NCBI GenBank assembly: GCA_009103225.1
Contig: RHPI01001737.1
Coordinates: forward strand, 735,646-799,645
Direction: 5' to 3'
From: Chlorokybus atmophyticus
Lineage: Eukaryota > Plantae > Mesostigma and Chlorokybus algae
DNA length: 64,000 nt
Shown here: positions 63,108 to 64,000 of the stretch, in pieces
How the letters are laid out: each line of letters starts with the position of its first letter
Position numbering within the stretch: position 1 is the stretch's first letter
The notes under the pieces: generated by a model
Database searches by the model: none
Seen by the model: the letters and a program-made list of their open reading frames with translations, nothing else
Told to the model about the DNA's origin: nothing
Program-made: the position numbers and the translations under genes

Positions 63108-63992
63108 TCATCCTCACCATCATCATGGCAGGTGAACCCAGCGCTTGCTTTCGGTGAGGCCGGTAGGCTTGGCATGGAGATGCAGCAGGCTGCCAAGGAC
63201 AAGTTTGAGCAGGTTAAGGGTGCTGACGAGCAGGGTATGGCTCAAGGCAGGGCTGATTTCGAGGGCGGCAACGTCGCGAGCGCTCTGAAGGACCGTGTCG
63301 ACGATCTGGCCTCCAACATCAACAACCCCAAGGAGGCCGCCGGCAAGGCCGTCCAGGGCGACTTTGGTGGAGCTGTTGGCAAGGTGCAGAGCGACGCGGA
63401 TGAGGCACCGGGTAAACTGGCCAATGACCTTGGATTTGGGGCGGGTGTTGCTGGTGGACTTGTCGAGAAGGTGAAGGATATCCTCCCTGGAAACCCCCTG
63501 GTGAGACCTGCTTGTATACACAAGCGTATGCATGTGCTTGTTCACAACACCAATTGCACAACCTGCCCGCCCGCTTACGCGCACGTGCCCACCCACCCAC
63601 CCACCCTCCCTCCCTCCCATGCACACAAGTTTTTTGGGGAGTCGTGAATATATGATGACGTGCTCTCGCAGGCCAGCAGCAATGCGCCAACATCTGACTC
63701 CAGGGAAGAAGGCGTGGCTCAGGGCAAAGCGGACGCCAACAGCGGCAACGTGTTCAGCGCCCTCAAGGAGCGTGTCGGTGATGTTGCCTCCAACATTGAG
63801 AACCCCAAGGAAGCTGCTGGCAAGGCTGTTAGCGGTGACATTGGCGGTGCTGTCGGCAAGGTGAAGAGCGATGCCGAGGCTGCCCCGGGCAAACTGGGCA
63901 ACGACATTGGCTTTGGACAGGGCGTTGTAGGTGCACTCGGTGACAAGGTCAAGGAGGGCCTCCCCTTGAGCCCTAACCGCACCAACCCCCTG
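62500..63992 (+). CDS. Thylakoid-lumen-targeted, Gly/Ala/Asp/Lys-rich repeat protein (LEA-like composition); continues beyond window
   Basis: Phase-0 GT-AG exons 62500-62610, 62898-63026, 63132-63500, 63672-63992 join without stops; stromal transit peptide (..RTLVRA) then KK + hydrophobic stretch + ALA; exons 3 and 4 are homologous modules. Confidence 0.85.
63066..63126. repeat. (CAC)n/(CAT)n intronic trinucleotide repeat
   Basis: Directly visible, just upstream of the exon 3 acceptor. Confidence 0.9.
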
Positions 63993-64000
63993 GTGAGTTT

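Overview
Eukaryotic nuclear DNA from a green-lineage organism (spliceosomal introns, two plastid-targeted genes; plausibly a green/streptophyte alga, not determinable from sequence alone). About 1-29 kb is dominated by two diverged, decayed copies of one Ty3/Gypsy LTR-retrotransposon family arranged head-to-head (1-9998 on minus, 18651-~28760 on plus). Its polyprotein is Gag(CCHC + Asn/Gly repeats) - unknown domain - aspartic protease - C5 cytosine DNA methyltransferase (DNMT3-like, catalytic motif GWECQ rather than PCQ) - RT - RNase H - integrase - PHD finger, i.e. it carries both a chromatin writer and a chromatin reader. Copy 1 has a solo LTR (5-bp TSD) in its integrase; copy 2 has a palindromic minisatellite insertion splitting its DNMT and a fold-back hairpin in gag. 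Further right are an intron-containing YqaJ/lambda-exonuclease pseudogene, long microsatellites, a decayed L1/Tx1-like LINE (~36.3-43.2 kb), and a ~6-kb unit duplicated in tandem (period ~7.9 kb) that contains remnants of an MDR-family oxidoreductase, a CRTISO-like FAD-binding exon and an unknown coiled-coil exon; copy A carries an ~870-bp inversion. Two apparently intact host genes close the window: a PPH1/TAP38-like thylakoid PP2C and a lumen-targeted protein built from duplicated exon modules. Family assignments come from recognised motifs, not from database searches; most internal boundaries are approximate.
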